Under the pieces are notes generated by a model that did not search any database, had not been told where the DNA came from, and was given only the letters and a program-made list of their open reading frames with translations. From positions 42,098,001 to 42,162,000 of the forward strand of contig OZ231126.1 in NCBI GenBank assembly GCA_965153355.1: DNA of 64,000 nt, written 5' to 3'. The position numbers were made by a program, and so were the translations under genes. Positions 38,483-51,879 of the stretch are shown here, piece after piece (position 1 is the stretch's first letter; each line of letters starts with the position of its first letter). This stretch comes from Flaccisagitta enflata. Its lineage: Eukaryota.

Positions 38483-39542
38483 CTTAACAGTAGACAAATC
38501 ATATTAACACCACAATTTGTATTTAGTGTGAATTGCTGCCCCTTCGCTAGCATTACTGCCCTTCCACCTTCTACAACTACCTAATGGTCATGTAACAGTC
38601 CTCGTCCTTCAGTCGGGGTATTTTAATGAGATTTAAAATCAATTTTTTATCGAATGTGATGCCCTTCCGACCAACCAACAGACATAGTCAACTCACAGAG
38701 ATGATGATGTAACACATAAAATTACCTTGGTAATTCATGGGACCAATTTTGCAATACTGAATTGAGATAATGACACATCAGTGTCAAGTGGCGATGTTTT
38801 TTATTAAACGCTAATAAACGATTCATTTTTGACTTTTTGATTTTCAATTTTTGAATAAAATCAGAATAAAACCACGGAATTTAAAAGCGTAAGTTGTGCG
38901 ACTTGAATGAGGGACAATTGTCATTGTGCTCAGCTTATAAATGAATTTTTCTATAAGAGATAGGAAGAGCAATTCTCTTTTTTAATTTTTTTCAAAGCAG
39001 ACGGCTCTTTATTTCTTTACGTATCACATTAAGAATAAAACACGTATCTTTCCAACAATGAAATCGCGCGGGCAAAAAGTTGACATCGTGCCAATTTTCA
39101 AGGCGGAGCTTGGATATGCAGGTGTTGACCTTTAGTGCATTTATTATCTCTCTGTACCTTCTGTACTTTCTATTGTCTAACTAATGTTGTCTTCATGTTC
39201 TGTATCTCTGCGTATACAACGAGGGCAATTATGACATAGTATGCAGCTTATTGTATGCGAAAATCTTGTTCGTCGCACCATATTTGTACTTTTGTTTTCA
39301 ATGCCAGTTGTTTCTATTTCTGCCAACAGAGGCGCTTTAACCGACAATGAAAACAAAAGTACACACCATGTAACACGATGTACCGAGGGTAGTACAGTAC
39401 AATACAATACTCTTAAATATGCTAGGTATTCTTTTGAGAAGTATAGTCAGTCCATCTTTTAAAAAAAAGATGGACCTTTCTTGATGAGGGACGGTCCGGG
39501 TCTGAGATGCAATGACGAAATCGCCACTGATCATCCGATCGA

Positions 39543-39917
39543 TCATAGATCGATCAAATCTGCCTGCGGCCTCGGGTGACGCCTCCAAATTTCGCGCATT
39601 TGCGCAAAAAAAGGGACAACACCCGCGAGGACAACTTCGATTCGATCGCCCCTTTTTACGCCGTAATACACGGCAAGGACAACAATCAAAAACGAAAAAG
39701 TCCCACCCACTATTTCAAACCCAAGTTTGACTTTTTCTATTGTAGTCAAAAATGAGCCTGACTTAATGGGCTCCGGAGACAAACTCTTTGGTGGATCAGT
39801 GCCGGTAACGTTCAGCACCAGGCATCGGTCCGGGTCTTCTGGGTCGGCCTTCAGACAGTTGAGGCCGCTGCCCGAGGCGACCACGGCGGCGATGATGAGC
39901 CATTGGTACGGCCGCAT
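39543..39917 (-). CDS. Small type-I membrane protein
   Basis: Signal-like MRPYQWLIIAAVVASGSG, a Cys pair and an NVT sequon, TM segment IVGGTFSFLIVVLAVYYGV followed by KRG. Confidence 0.65.
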   Translation of the reverse strand: MRPYQWLIIAAVVASGSGLNCLKADPEDPDRCLVLNVTGTDPPKSLSPEPIKSGSFLTTIEKVKLGFEIVGGTFSFLIVVLAVYYGVKRGDRIEVVLAGVVPFFAQMREIWRRHPRPQADLIDL

Positions 39918-40542
39918 CTTGAAATCTTGATGGCGGCGACGGCTTCGGCTTCTTTCTTGAGAGACGATGAGAAATCTTGAAATATCTTCGGTGATCTTGA
40001 GGGTACGCCAGACAATAACCAAGTGAACCTCTCACTCTACTACCTAGGTTTATAAACGATTTCCCTAGTCTGATGCAAACAGAGCGGGTAGGGCCAAAGG
40101 ACCACTCACAAAAGTAACTGACCAAATGGACAATTTTCATTGGCCAGTGACCGGCTTCCTCACCTCACCACTTCCCTTACCCAATCCACTCATTCCCGGC
40201 AGGATAAGGACCATTACAACTACACGAGATTAAATTGCATTGGATTTTCTATCTAAAGCCGGTTTAAAATAAGGGCTGGTACAACACCAATAGTGAAGCA
40301 TTAAATGTCCATTGATTTACTATTCGAGTTGAAAAAAAGGAAGTTATCAGAAAACAAAAGACAGAATTTGTACAAATATTTGGTCATTTATTAATAAAAT
40401 ATGCACAAATATTAACTGATTACCAAAAACACATTTTCCCATGATTCTCAATCACATTCACAATTACGTATAATTGTCTCTTTCTTTTTTCGCGTCATTT
40501 ATTCTCTCTCCCCCCCCCCCCACTCCACGCACATTATACAAT

Positions 40543-41529
40543 CTACATTCTTGTACTGGCGAATGAATTGTTGATGGGCAAAGAACACGGCCCTCTGACG
40601 CTTCTCACGCTCCCAAACGTTATCAATTCCCCCACGCTTCTGCGCGACTGCGTTCTTCCAAGAAACGATGCCCTATCTGCCTCGCCCAAATTGAAGGCCG
40701 AAGCCGACGGTTCATTATCCTCGAGTGGATGCATTAAGGGCGGAGCCGCGGCGAGACGCTCCGCCGATGTGGAATTTTGGTAGATCCGATTGATAAGTTC
40801 ACGGCTCGTACCTAGCTCGCGTCGGATTTGAGCCAAAAGCCGCCCTTGGTTCTCCAATTCGTCCACTGAGGCATTGATGCCAACCACGATGCCACCTTTA
40901 ATATGAAACATGGCCAATTTAATCCTAAATTATACTTAGTAACCCACATACAACTATAGACAAACCAAAACTAAACGAAAGGGATGTGGGGTGGGGGGGG
41001 GTAGACATCTGCGTACCGAGTGTGTTGCGGATTTTGATCCAGCCAATGAAGATGATGATTGCGAAAACCACCAGGATCGTGGCAATTGCACATGCAAGTG
41101 CCACTTCCGCCCAAAAGCGCGCATCGGAGACACCCGTGGTACCTAAGCATCAATTTAAAATCATTTTTAAATTTTAAATAATTTTTGAATTCAGGAGAGA
41201 CTTAATTAGGGGATACCAAATACTTTAAAATGAATTGCCATTTATTTTCAAGCAATCCTTTTCTTATAATAAACTACTAATTGTTTGTAGTACAACTCAC
41301 CTTCTCCAGTTTTGTTATCCCAGTCGACGATTGGCGCCAAACTATTGACCTCTGAGCTGGACTCGGTCGTGGCATCACCAAAATCGAATTTCGAGGGCAA
41401 CACGCCACGGTTGGTAGGTGACGCAATTGGCGCCACACTCGGCGTACTTGTTGCTTCTGGAAATAGAGATGTAGGTTCAACGTCACTGTCTTCATCGTCG
41501 TAGTAAAGTAGTGGAATTGGCTCATCCAT
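40543..41529 (-). CDS. Single-pass membrane protein; exons 41529-41301, 41142-41017, 40895-40543 (235 aa)
   Basis: Phase-1 GT-AG introns. Ser/Thr/Pro-rich N-terminus, TM VALACAIATILVVFAIIIFIGWI followed by KIR, and a short coiled coil after the TM. Confidence 0.65.
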
Positions 41530-41620
41530 TTTTTTTTAGTGGATGAGCCAATTTAGATATGTACTTAAATTTGCTGTGTGATTTATTGCTTGACTGGAAT
41601 TGACACACAGAAGCTTCTGA

Positions 41621-41680
<60 letters not shown>

Positions 41681-42805
41681 GAGTCAATCTTATTCTGAAC
41701 TTTGAGCCGCCGCTAACGGAGAAACCTCAGATTCGCGCTATTTTAGAAACCACGAGTTGTAACTTTTGACTTTCCATACATGAAAAAAAAAGTCACAATT
41801 TACACGAGGTATCATATACTTTGGCGGGAAAAGGCGGTCTTTGAGGTTTTGGCAATTACAATGACAAAGGAAGATCGCGGGAAAATGAGCCGGCATGCGC
41901 GCCAACCAAAACGTATATAATCAGACAGACAATTGGATAGACAGAAATTTATAGACAGTCATTTAGACGTCAATGTATGATGTAGTGTGTATTCAATGCC
42001 TTTTTGATTTTGTTTTCTTCCAGTTCGTCTGTATGAACCGAACAAATCCCACACAAATTCCATGTATAGTGTATTATGTAATCATATCTTTGAATTAAAA
42101 ATCTAAACTGACACTCACAGAAACGTACGGACAGGCAAATATAGTACCTCGATTCCAGGCCGTATCATTGACGCGTAATCACGCCGAGAATTGCGTCTTC
42201 AATGCGCCAATGAATGTCACCAAAACGCCTAAAAGGACGAAAAAGAGGAAAGCATGTAGTACATTGTCAACGGAATTGGGTACTAGGGAGCCTCGTCACA
42301 TATTCGTGGTAGGAATAGAGTTGAGAGCAGAGTCGACTCAACAGTGGAAGAGTCGACAGAGAAGAGGTAGCAATGGGAAATTAAACGGGAAACTAGACGA
42401 CAAGAGTACCCACAAACGAGACATGGTAGGAGAATGAGTAGGAAAGGGGAATTTTGGTACAGGGTAGGCGAGTACAGAGGGGGAATTCGAAGGAGGAGGA
42501 GGAAGGGATGAAGTACAAAGTCGAAGTTTTGGCATGGAGAGCCAAAAATTCGAGAAAGATTCAGAGGCAACTTATCTACATATTGTAGTAAGTTACGATT
42601 TAAAGCATCTCATACGTATCTAAAAATTGGTAATGGATGGCCGTTACTACCAATAGCCCATATATAGATAACTGGTAGTTAATGTTTTTTTTTCGTGGTA
42701 TTAAAATGTGCTCACATGGCTACATAGATTTATGTATTACAATATCTAAAAAAAAAGCCAGATAAAACTTGAATTTTATAAAATCTATAAACACATAGAC
42801 ATACA

Positions 42806-43010
42806 GAATTGGTCGATGAAGCTGAACAGCAAAGACAGAATCATATCAATGATATTTATATGTGGCCCATTAAGGATATAACTACCTTACACAATTTGGG
42901 CCACAAGCAAACCCTTAAAAAGTGAATATAACCCGACCGGGCCAATTAGGTCACGTATAAATATGTTTGATATGATTTTATCGTTGCTGTTCAGCTTCAT
43001 CGACCAATTC
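42806..43010. repeat. Inverted-repeat pair (~45-bp arms), MITE-like, inside the viral element
   Basis: gaattggtcgatgaagctgaacagcaa...aatcatatcaa versus ttgatatgatt...ttgctgttcagcttcatcgaccaattc. Confidence 0.8.
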
Positions 43011-43066
43011 GGTTGTCAAGCTGTCACCTCTTTGCACTCCCCACTAAGTGGGGATTAAATAAAGTA

Positions 43067-43135
43067 GGTATTCGGGCTGGACCAAGGACGAGCCTTGGTC
43101 CAGCCAAGGCTGGACCTTAGTCCAGCCCGAATACC
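43067..43135. other. Perfect T/Y-shaped (rabbit-ear) palindrome, 69 nt
   Basis: Stem ggtattcg/cgaatacc; arm 1 ggctggaccaagg-acgag-ccttggtccagcc; aa linker; arm 2 ggctggac-ctta-gtccagcc. Confidence 0.9.
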
Positions 43136-43477
43136 CGGCTTTCGCCAGTTCTGTACTATTGTTTCGTATTTGCTAAAAACAGTTGACAAAGAGAGTTTTT
43201 TCTCAGGGGTAGTCAATTCGTCTAAATCATCTTATGTTACGACATTCTCAATCAAAATACGGTTTCTTTTTAATATGCAAACTGTTTGTAGTACACGAAC
43301 CCATTTACCGATGCACGATAACACACAGATAGACATCACATTTTACTTTCTAAGATTGTTCGTCATGTTCGTATGTAATCATTCGGGTAATTAATAGCTC
43401 TGCAATATGCAAATGAGATCCAGGTGTGTAGACGGGACTGGGTAAATCAGATGCAATTTGAATGAAATCAAAGATTT

Positions 43478-43721
43478 AATAAATGCTGACCGCTAAATAA
43501 ATATTGTCCGGAGGCCACAAAAAATGTTTATTTAAACAAAAAAAATCATAACATAGTAAATATATATATTCAGTACTAATCTTCATTCATTCCACATAGA
43601 TTGCTAGGCGATTCCTGGCCGCTGCCCTAGCATGTACCGGGTATTTACTGCTGATCCGAGCTGAAATTTGCGATTTGAGCGCTGACCGCTGCTGATTCAC
43701 AAGACACCTGGCTATACTACT
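43478..43721 (-). repeat. Right terminal inverted repeat (244 bp)
   Basis: Reverse complement of 8083-8326, ending ...ggctatactact and followed by CATGT. Confidence 0.97.
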
Positions 43722-45001
43722 CATGTAGCGAAAAAACTTCCGGGCGACAAGGAGTCCTGACCGGGTACCACGACTAGGAGTAATTGCCTAATTGTTTTTT
43801 TGTGTGTATAAACTATAAAGGCGTCAACACTTAAGTGTACAAAGGAATTTGACAGGAAGTATTCTCATGAAAGGAGGGCCTCATATACTAACTGACTCAC
43901 CATCGGACAAACAAACTCACTTTTATAATTTTAGTGTGGACGCGGTTAGAAAGGCGTTATTGCGCAAAGACAAGAAGATCTTGAACCACCCATCATGAAC
44001 AAAAGCAAGGCCGAATACGTGACTACTCAAGTCGCGTGCAAATGGGCAGGGTCAGTTAGAAGACTAATCAGGCATTTGAGCAGGGGCAAAGATGCTAAGA
44101 GGTCCACAACACATAAAAACCAAACGACCGACTGACCAAAAGACAGCGAAGAGAGTCGTGTTGTACACATTCCCATACTTCCATCGCCAAGCGCTTCATT
44201 TCTTGGGAAAATCTTTATAGTTGCGGTCGCGCAACTCTAAAAGTGTAAGAGGCTTTGAACAACCATCAGTCCGTCCGTCGTTCCGTCTGTGATGATCGAG
44301 TCAAAAAGTGGAAAAACGAGCGGTGTGTATGGGGTTATATGCCCCTGCCCACCCGTCTGCAACGATATTATGACCCCGCGTCACTTGTTTTTCCGTCCAT
44401 CTCGCTTTTTCTGTCGTAAATATTCAGGTAAATTTAGCCCCATTTTTGAAGTCAATTTTTTTCCTCTTTAGCTTGTATTTTGTAACAGGAATGTAGTAAA
44501 TGTCTTAGTATTAATTTGCGCAACTACTTATACTTTTCTTAAGGCTTGGGAAGCTTAGTCTTTGATGACTGACAAAGATTAAGCCTTGTAACTGGGTAAC
44601 ACTTCTTTGTTATTGTCGTTTCCGAGAATTCACGACAGTTTTTAGTCGCGTGCTTCGCGACTCTGCACCCCGCTTTGTCGGTCCGTCTGTCCGTCGGCCC
44701 GTCCGTTACACTTTACTTTTCTTGGGTTTTTGCAGTCTATGGCCTTACTGCTCCTGCCCAAGTGATCAAGTGACCTCAAATACGGCCCCTGCCCAACCGC
44801 ACGCGACTGGGGTAGCCGTGTATCCGGCGTTGTTCTCTGATGCCATACAAGCGTGTTTGTAAAGTGATGGAGAGTTGGGTTTTTGTTCCTCGTCGGTTAA
44901 AACTTGGGTATGTAAATATATCGTGCAAAAACACCATTCCGACCAGTCATACGTATTACATGTCAGTATAACGTTTTAGCTTCAAAGACGAAAGAGAAAG
45001 C

Positions 45002-45661
<660 letters not shown>

Positions 45662-46291
45662 TCTCAACTTCATCGCCAAGTTCAAAAGAAGTTTGAACAA
45701 TCATGACAATTCCTTCCTTTAAAGTTTATTCATGCGAACCGACCGAGGTGCTGTACCGCAGCGCAGTGAGAAGATCAAGGGATTTTCAATTCAATTCTGG
45801 GAATATGCTTTTGTTTATTTGTGTGGTTTTTTTTTTGTTTTTTTTTTTGGGGGGGGGGGGAAGATGGGGTGTGAAAACTTGATTAAATGTAGTCGATTTC
45901 ATTTTCCTTCGACTACCCCGCCATTATTTTTCGGTGTTTTCATTAGAGCTATGGATGTTTGACTAGGGTATCCGAACAAATGATAAGCAAAGTTCGCGTC
46001 ACTGCTTTCGTTTCTACGTTGAATAAGATTTCCCATTTAACCAGGCCGGATACACGGCTACCCCAGTCGCGTGCGGGTGGGCAGGGGCCATATTTGAGGT
46101 CAGTGGAGTATTTGGGCAGGAGCGGTGTAGCCAAAAACCCCATAAACGCCGAAAAAGTAAAGTCGCTAAGTTGATGCGATAGAATCGTGTGTTAGTGTTC
46201 GACTCCTCTTCTCCCTGAAGTCATTTCGTTTTGAAGCGTCTGGACGATTTCTAATCAAGTCTAAAACGGCGGAAGTAAACAAATTTCAAAG

Positions 46292-47053
46292 ATGAAATTC
46301 ATCCTGCTGTCTTTAGTCCTAGCAATATCCATCGGGTCATTTGCGTGGTGAGCCAGACAATGTCATGTTGCTAAAATTACATCTTTGTTGTCAGTTTGAT
46401 TTCTATTTCTATTTTTGGTGGTGGTGATGGTGGTGGTGGTGGTGGTGGTGGTGGTGGTGGTGGTGGTGGTGGAGGTGGTGGTGGTGGTGGTGGTGGTGGT
46501 GGTGGTGTGTTTGTTACAATTGTTACGGTTAATATCACTATCATTGCTACTGTTGCGGTAGTTATTGTCGTCGTTTTTACATCGTGATTTCGTCTAGACA
46601 TTCAAGGGGAACTAGTCGTGTTGTTGATTAGGCATTTTAAAAATCAATGAATTTTTCAGGCAGTCGAACCAAACGAACCAAACAAACGCGGACACGGTAC
46701 CTCAATACGACGATATAGAAGAAGTCGGTGTGGAACAAGAAGAAGAAGCAGAAGAAGAAAAAGAAGAAGAAGAAGTAGAAGAAACAGAAGTGCAAGACGA
46801 CGACGACGACGACGACAACGACGACGACCCCGCCTCTGCCCCCGCCGCCTCCCCCGCCGCCGCCCCCGCCGCCGCCCCCGCCGCCGCCCCCGCCGCCGCC
46901 GACGACCAACAACAAGAAGAAGTCGCCATGATTGTGGCCAAAAAAGGGTGCAGAGGCCACGATCGAATCTGCACAAACAACAACGACTGCTGCTCGGGTT
47001 GCTGCAATTACATTCACTCAGACAGCCGGCATTGCTGCTTCTTATGCTGTTAG
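46292..47053 (+). CDS. Host secreted 10-Cys knottin/toxin-like peptide precursor 2; exons 46292-46347 and 46660-47053 (149 aa)
   Basis: Signal peptide MKFILLSLVLAISIGSFAW, phase-2 intron, acidic pro-region, KK site, then GCRGHDRICTNNNDCCSGCCNYIHSDSRHCCFLCC*. Confidence 0.85.
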
Positions 47054-47060
47054 CTACAAC

Positions 47061-47168
<108 letters not shown>

Positions 47169-48359
47169 CGACAACGACAACGACAACAACAGTAATCAAG
47201 ATGTTGCAGTAACAGTCATTTGGGGAGACCGTATGCTTTTCAACTCAGTTTCAAAAGGTCGCCTAATCCGGATCAGATGAAGATGTCAAACGTCGCAGCC
47301 TCTTCAAACGATTTTATGATGAACGAGAAAGAGACCGCGATATTTCATTCATTGGTGAATTTTCTTAAGTAGAACGGTGTAATTCAAAATTCAAACGGTT
47401 TTTCAGTTTGTTTTTTTGCTTCATCGAATGAGTTTTCACTTTGCTTTCTCGTTTCCTACGTTACTGATTAACTGAAAGTAGTTGAATATTCATGGTACGT
47501 ACTGAACATTTTTTGGAACTGTTTATTTTCTTGAGGCTTAATTTTCTGTTTTGCTTTGATTTTTACAAGCCGGGTAGCGAAGTCATCAAACATTGATAAT
47601 TTATGAGTCAATGTGATATTTCACTCATTGGGCTTTTTTCACGACCATTGATTTGTTATGTTGAATGTGAGCCAGACAAAGCATTAACTCTCATCGTCGC
47701 TGCGTTCTTTGTTCTTATTTTAGTAATGTTAAAGTACGAATAACGAAGCGGACAGGCATGATCTTGCGTAAAACGTAAATACTTGTATGAATAAGTCTGT
47801 AATTCGAGGGGCGTTCGACCACACACTAACAAGAAAAACAAGTGACGCGGGGTCACAATATCGTTGCGGACGGGTGGGCCGGGGTGTCCAACCCCCATCC
47901 CTACCTCTCACTACTAACAAACATACACAAAAAGTTCCATTCTTCGACTTGATGACCTCGGACAGACCCCGGACAGACCCCGGACAGACGAACGGACAAA
48001 GCCTCCTATAGAGTTGCGTTTCCGCAACTAAAAACGACAGATGGTCGGAACGATTTCATGTACAGGTTAAAGTGGAGTTGGAGTAACGAAGTCCGAAGAT
48101 GAAGGAAGATCGCACATCACCACATGGCCAGGGCGCATCCGTTTTAAAACTTATTTCTTTCACAAAGCTTTGAATTTGGGATATTTTGCAGCGGCACGCG
48201 CACGACGCGGTCACACGATACTGTCGTCTTCCTCGGTCGCTCTCCATTTTAATTTCATGAAAAATTCCTTTGTGTTGAGCGAAAAGCAAATTTGACGCCA
48301 GAAGAGAGAAAAGTAAACCAGATCCCAAAATGCAAAGAGAAGAGAGTCGCACTGAAATG

Positions 48360-48465
<106 letters not shown>

Positions 48466-49078
48466 GGACAAACGCGCTTTAAACGGGCACAAAAAAAAAC
48501 ATAACTCGAAAGTATACAAATTGACAATATAAGGTGGACGAATATGGGATCCCGTACTCCCGTGCAGGCTTCATTTAACATGGTAAAAGTAAACTTTCCT
48601 GGAAGAAATCTCCCACTAAGGTTGGGGGATCGGTGATTCACCGCCGAAAAAAACGGTGGAGTGATTGACAATTTTCACTGATTCAGTGATTTGGATATTC
48701 GGTTTTTCACCAATTTTCCCATCCATCCCCAAGCTGCTCTTTTCATCGCCGTCATGCAGAGGGAAATGCGCACAGGCTGGGACAATATTTCCGATTTTCA
48801 AAAAAAAACAAAAAAAAAAAACAAAAAAAAAAAAAAAAACAAAAAAAAAAACATATAAATCCCTGATTCAGTGGTTACTTTAGTAACATGAAACTGTACC
48901 TCATCCCAGTTTCACTCAGGCGTCTTTTTTGTTGCCTGTCTGGAATGCTAAAATCTAGATGATGCAAAATTGAGCAGAAAAGCGATTTTCAGCATTACTG
49001 CCCCTGCCATGCCACAATACAGCCCCTGTCCACTCCTGCCCATCTACATTACTGCCCCTGCCCACCTGCAAGCGACTA

Positions 49079-49714
49079 CAGAAGGAACCATTATGAGAGT
49101 TGTGGAGAGACCAAATGTTTTAGCACCCCCCCTCAAAGCCCATGCTATTGCTTCTTTTCCTCTAATCTGGGCAGCAGTTTATATCTTAGGTGAAGAAAAT
49201 TTTTTTCATCCAGGCTTTTATTGAGACTTCCTCTAGAATTTCCATAATTGACCTTTTTACACCAAAATTTAGGGTTTTTAGTCGCGTGCTATGGGACTTT
49301 ATAAGCCACTTTTTGGTTGGTCGGTCCGTCAGTCAGTTGGTTGGTCCGTCCATCACAAAACTGTTTTAAAGGCGTTTTAAAGCATTTTTTATGTCTTTGT
49401 GGAGTAAAGAACCATGTCAAATGGTTTTTTAAAGAAAAAAAAATTGTCTGTCTGTCCACCTGCCTTTTTTTGAAAGTGCCAACGCATGCAACTTAGGTCT
49501 AATGACCTTGTTTTTTAAAAGCTCTAGAAATAGGCAAAATTAAAAATTTGGAAAGGTTTTTAGTGGAATTTCAAAAATCACCTTGGTAAAAGAATTTGTA
49601 TTCATTTAAGGTATAAACCACTACCCAAAATAAAGAAATATAAGCAGTACTGTGAACTGTAAGGGGGGTGCTTCAATTTTAGTCCCACCACACCTCTTGT
49701 AATGGTTCCTTCTG
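49079..49714. mobile_element. Tc1/mariner-type MITE
   Basis: TA|cagaaggaaccatta...gcacccccc and ggggggtgc...taatggttccttctg|TA give ~55-bp imperfect TIRs and a TA duplication. Confidence 0.75.
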
Positions 49715-51879
49715 TACTTACAGGCCATGTATCTGGAATAATGCCAACACCGTTCAAAGTTTATGAGGCATGCATAGTTCTTATTCATTTTTATCATTTC
49801 TACTGTTTCTATTTGTCGTGCACTTCCATTCTATCAATTCCGTTATCTTCAATGGGAAAAAAAAGAAGGTAACAGATTGAAGACTGAAGAGGAGAAAGAA
49901 AAAGAAAAGAATAAAGAAGAAAACAAAGAAGAAAGAGAGAGTGGGGGGAAGGGGGAGAGGGAGAGAGAGCGAGAGAGAGAGGTAGACTGACATCAAGAAA
50001 CAGTTCAAGAGACATACAGTGTATACACTAAGACAATAATGAATTTTTCTTTTCTTTTCTATAGACCATGGTGTCAGAGTGAGTGGAAACAGGCTAAAGG
50101 ATTGTGCACAACATACACTTTGTTGATCAGTTTTAGCTAGCAATTGATGGGGGATGCTGCAGTACAACAAGTGATGCAGGGTCACTATATCGTTGTGGAT
50201 GGGTGGGCAGGGGCATGCAACCCTCATTCATACCCTCTCCCACCCCATGCTTACTCACACACACTAACATTCACAGCTGTATCATCGTAAATGCACATTT
50301 TCACATTTTTAACACAAGTGTGACCAACGGACTAATGGACTGACAAAGCCTCTTATAGAAGTGCGTGTCCACTACTATAAATCACTGAAAAAAACGGAAA
50401 AAACGGTGGTGGAAAGGAAAAATCGCCAAAAATTGGTGGTGATTGAAAACCCGAGTCACTCCCAACCTTATCTCCCACCTGGTATTACACGTTTACCGCC
50501 GTTGGGACTCATTAATCTTTTATTATGCATTTTTATAAGTTAACATAGTGAGAAAAAAATTAAAAACACCATCAGACTCACAAGAAACAGCTTATCTTTA
50601 AATACGGCAATGTTGCATGGTGATGAAAAAATCAGAATAAGCATGAGACAGAGTTAAAAGTGCATTTTAGTTAAAAAGGGCTTTTTCCCTTACATAATTA
50701 GCTAATTTCAAATTTGCGCTGTGTTTTCGATCTTGATATTTACAAAAATTTGTCGCTAAAAATGAGAATGGAAATATCTGAGGATTCATAGACCAAAATT
50801 TTGTTTTTTTCCTATATGTACAAAATATTATCAAAAATAAGCAAAATATTAAAACATTCATTAGGCCACTTTCGACTTCCAGAAAATCGCTGGAAATAAA
50901 TATATATGTTCACATGATATAACTTTACATAACACCAAACGCTCAGCCCACTCCGAGCTGTCGCATAGCGTCGCAAGCCTGTCAAATGCAACACTATCAC
51001 TCAATTAATGCGACATTGAACAATACGCTGATGTTTCAAAGTGAAAAAGAGTTTCCATCCTGTTACCATCGATAAGAAAAATGGCGGTAAAATTTTCGAG
51101 GGTAGGACTTATGATAAGGAGTGAGATTTTCAATCTCGGTTTTGCCAAAAAGTCACAGTTTTAACCTCTTCCAACCAATTTTCGACGAGGAATCCAAAAT
51201 AGGCACAGATATGTAAAGAACCACATGGGGGAAATTCCGTACAAACGTTTGAAGGCATTTTTCCCATCCTTAGAACATATATTTTGAGAAAAACAACTAT
51301 TACCCAAAGATTTTTAAGGTAATTTTAGGATGTTCATACTTAAAAAAAAACGCGAAAATTGCATATCTTTGATTGAGGAAAAAACATAATGTGGTCAAGT
51401 TACATTCATATCTATGTTATTTTTTTTTATAAGGTTAATAGAAATGATTGTATTACATTGAATTTACATAGCACTTCACCACGGATGGATGGACGGACCA
51501 ACGGACGGACCAACCAACGGACTGACAAAGCGGGGTGTAGTCGCGTAGCACTTGACTAAACAAAAGATTTTCAAAAACAAGTGACGCTGGGTCACAGCAT
51601 TGTTGCAGATGGGTGATATGAGCAAAAGCATCCAACCCCTTGTGATTGATCCATCTTTTATTCTGTGTGTTCATGCAGCACATTTCCAAATTACCCTATG
51701 TGGTACGCTGGCTTAACACTGGTCTTTATTTCATCTGGCCAAAATATCAACACTCAAATCATATGTTGATGTCCTTATATACTGATTGTCAGTGCTTCAG
51801 ATTTTGGGTTTCAACACTCTAAATCAAACATTGACACCCATACACCCCAATTCTTGATTTTCAGTTTTTGGATTAAGGA

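Noticed and set aside
41861-42178. Possible tiny 3-exon plus-strand gene (~50 aa) near the right end of the element
   Set aside because: Phase-consistent, but the donors are weak, the product is very short and has no motif; it could be chance.
48056-48352. Minus-strand ORF with hydrophobic start and CACRC
   Set aside because: No ATG, no convincing upstream exon and no recognisable family.
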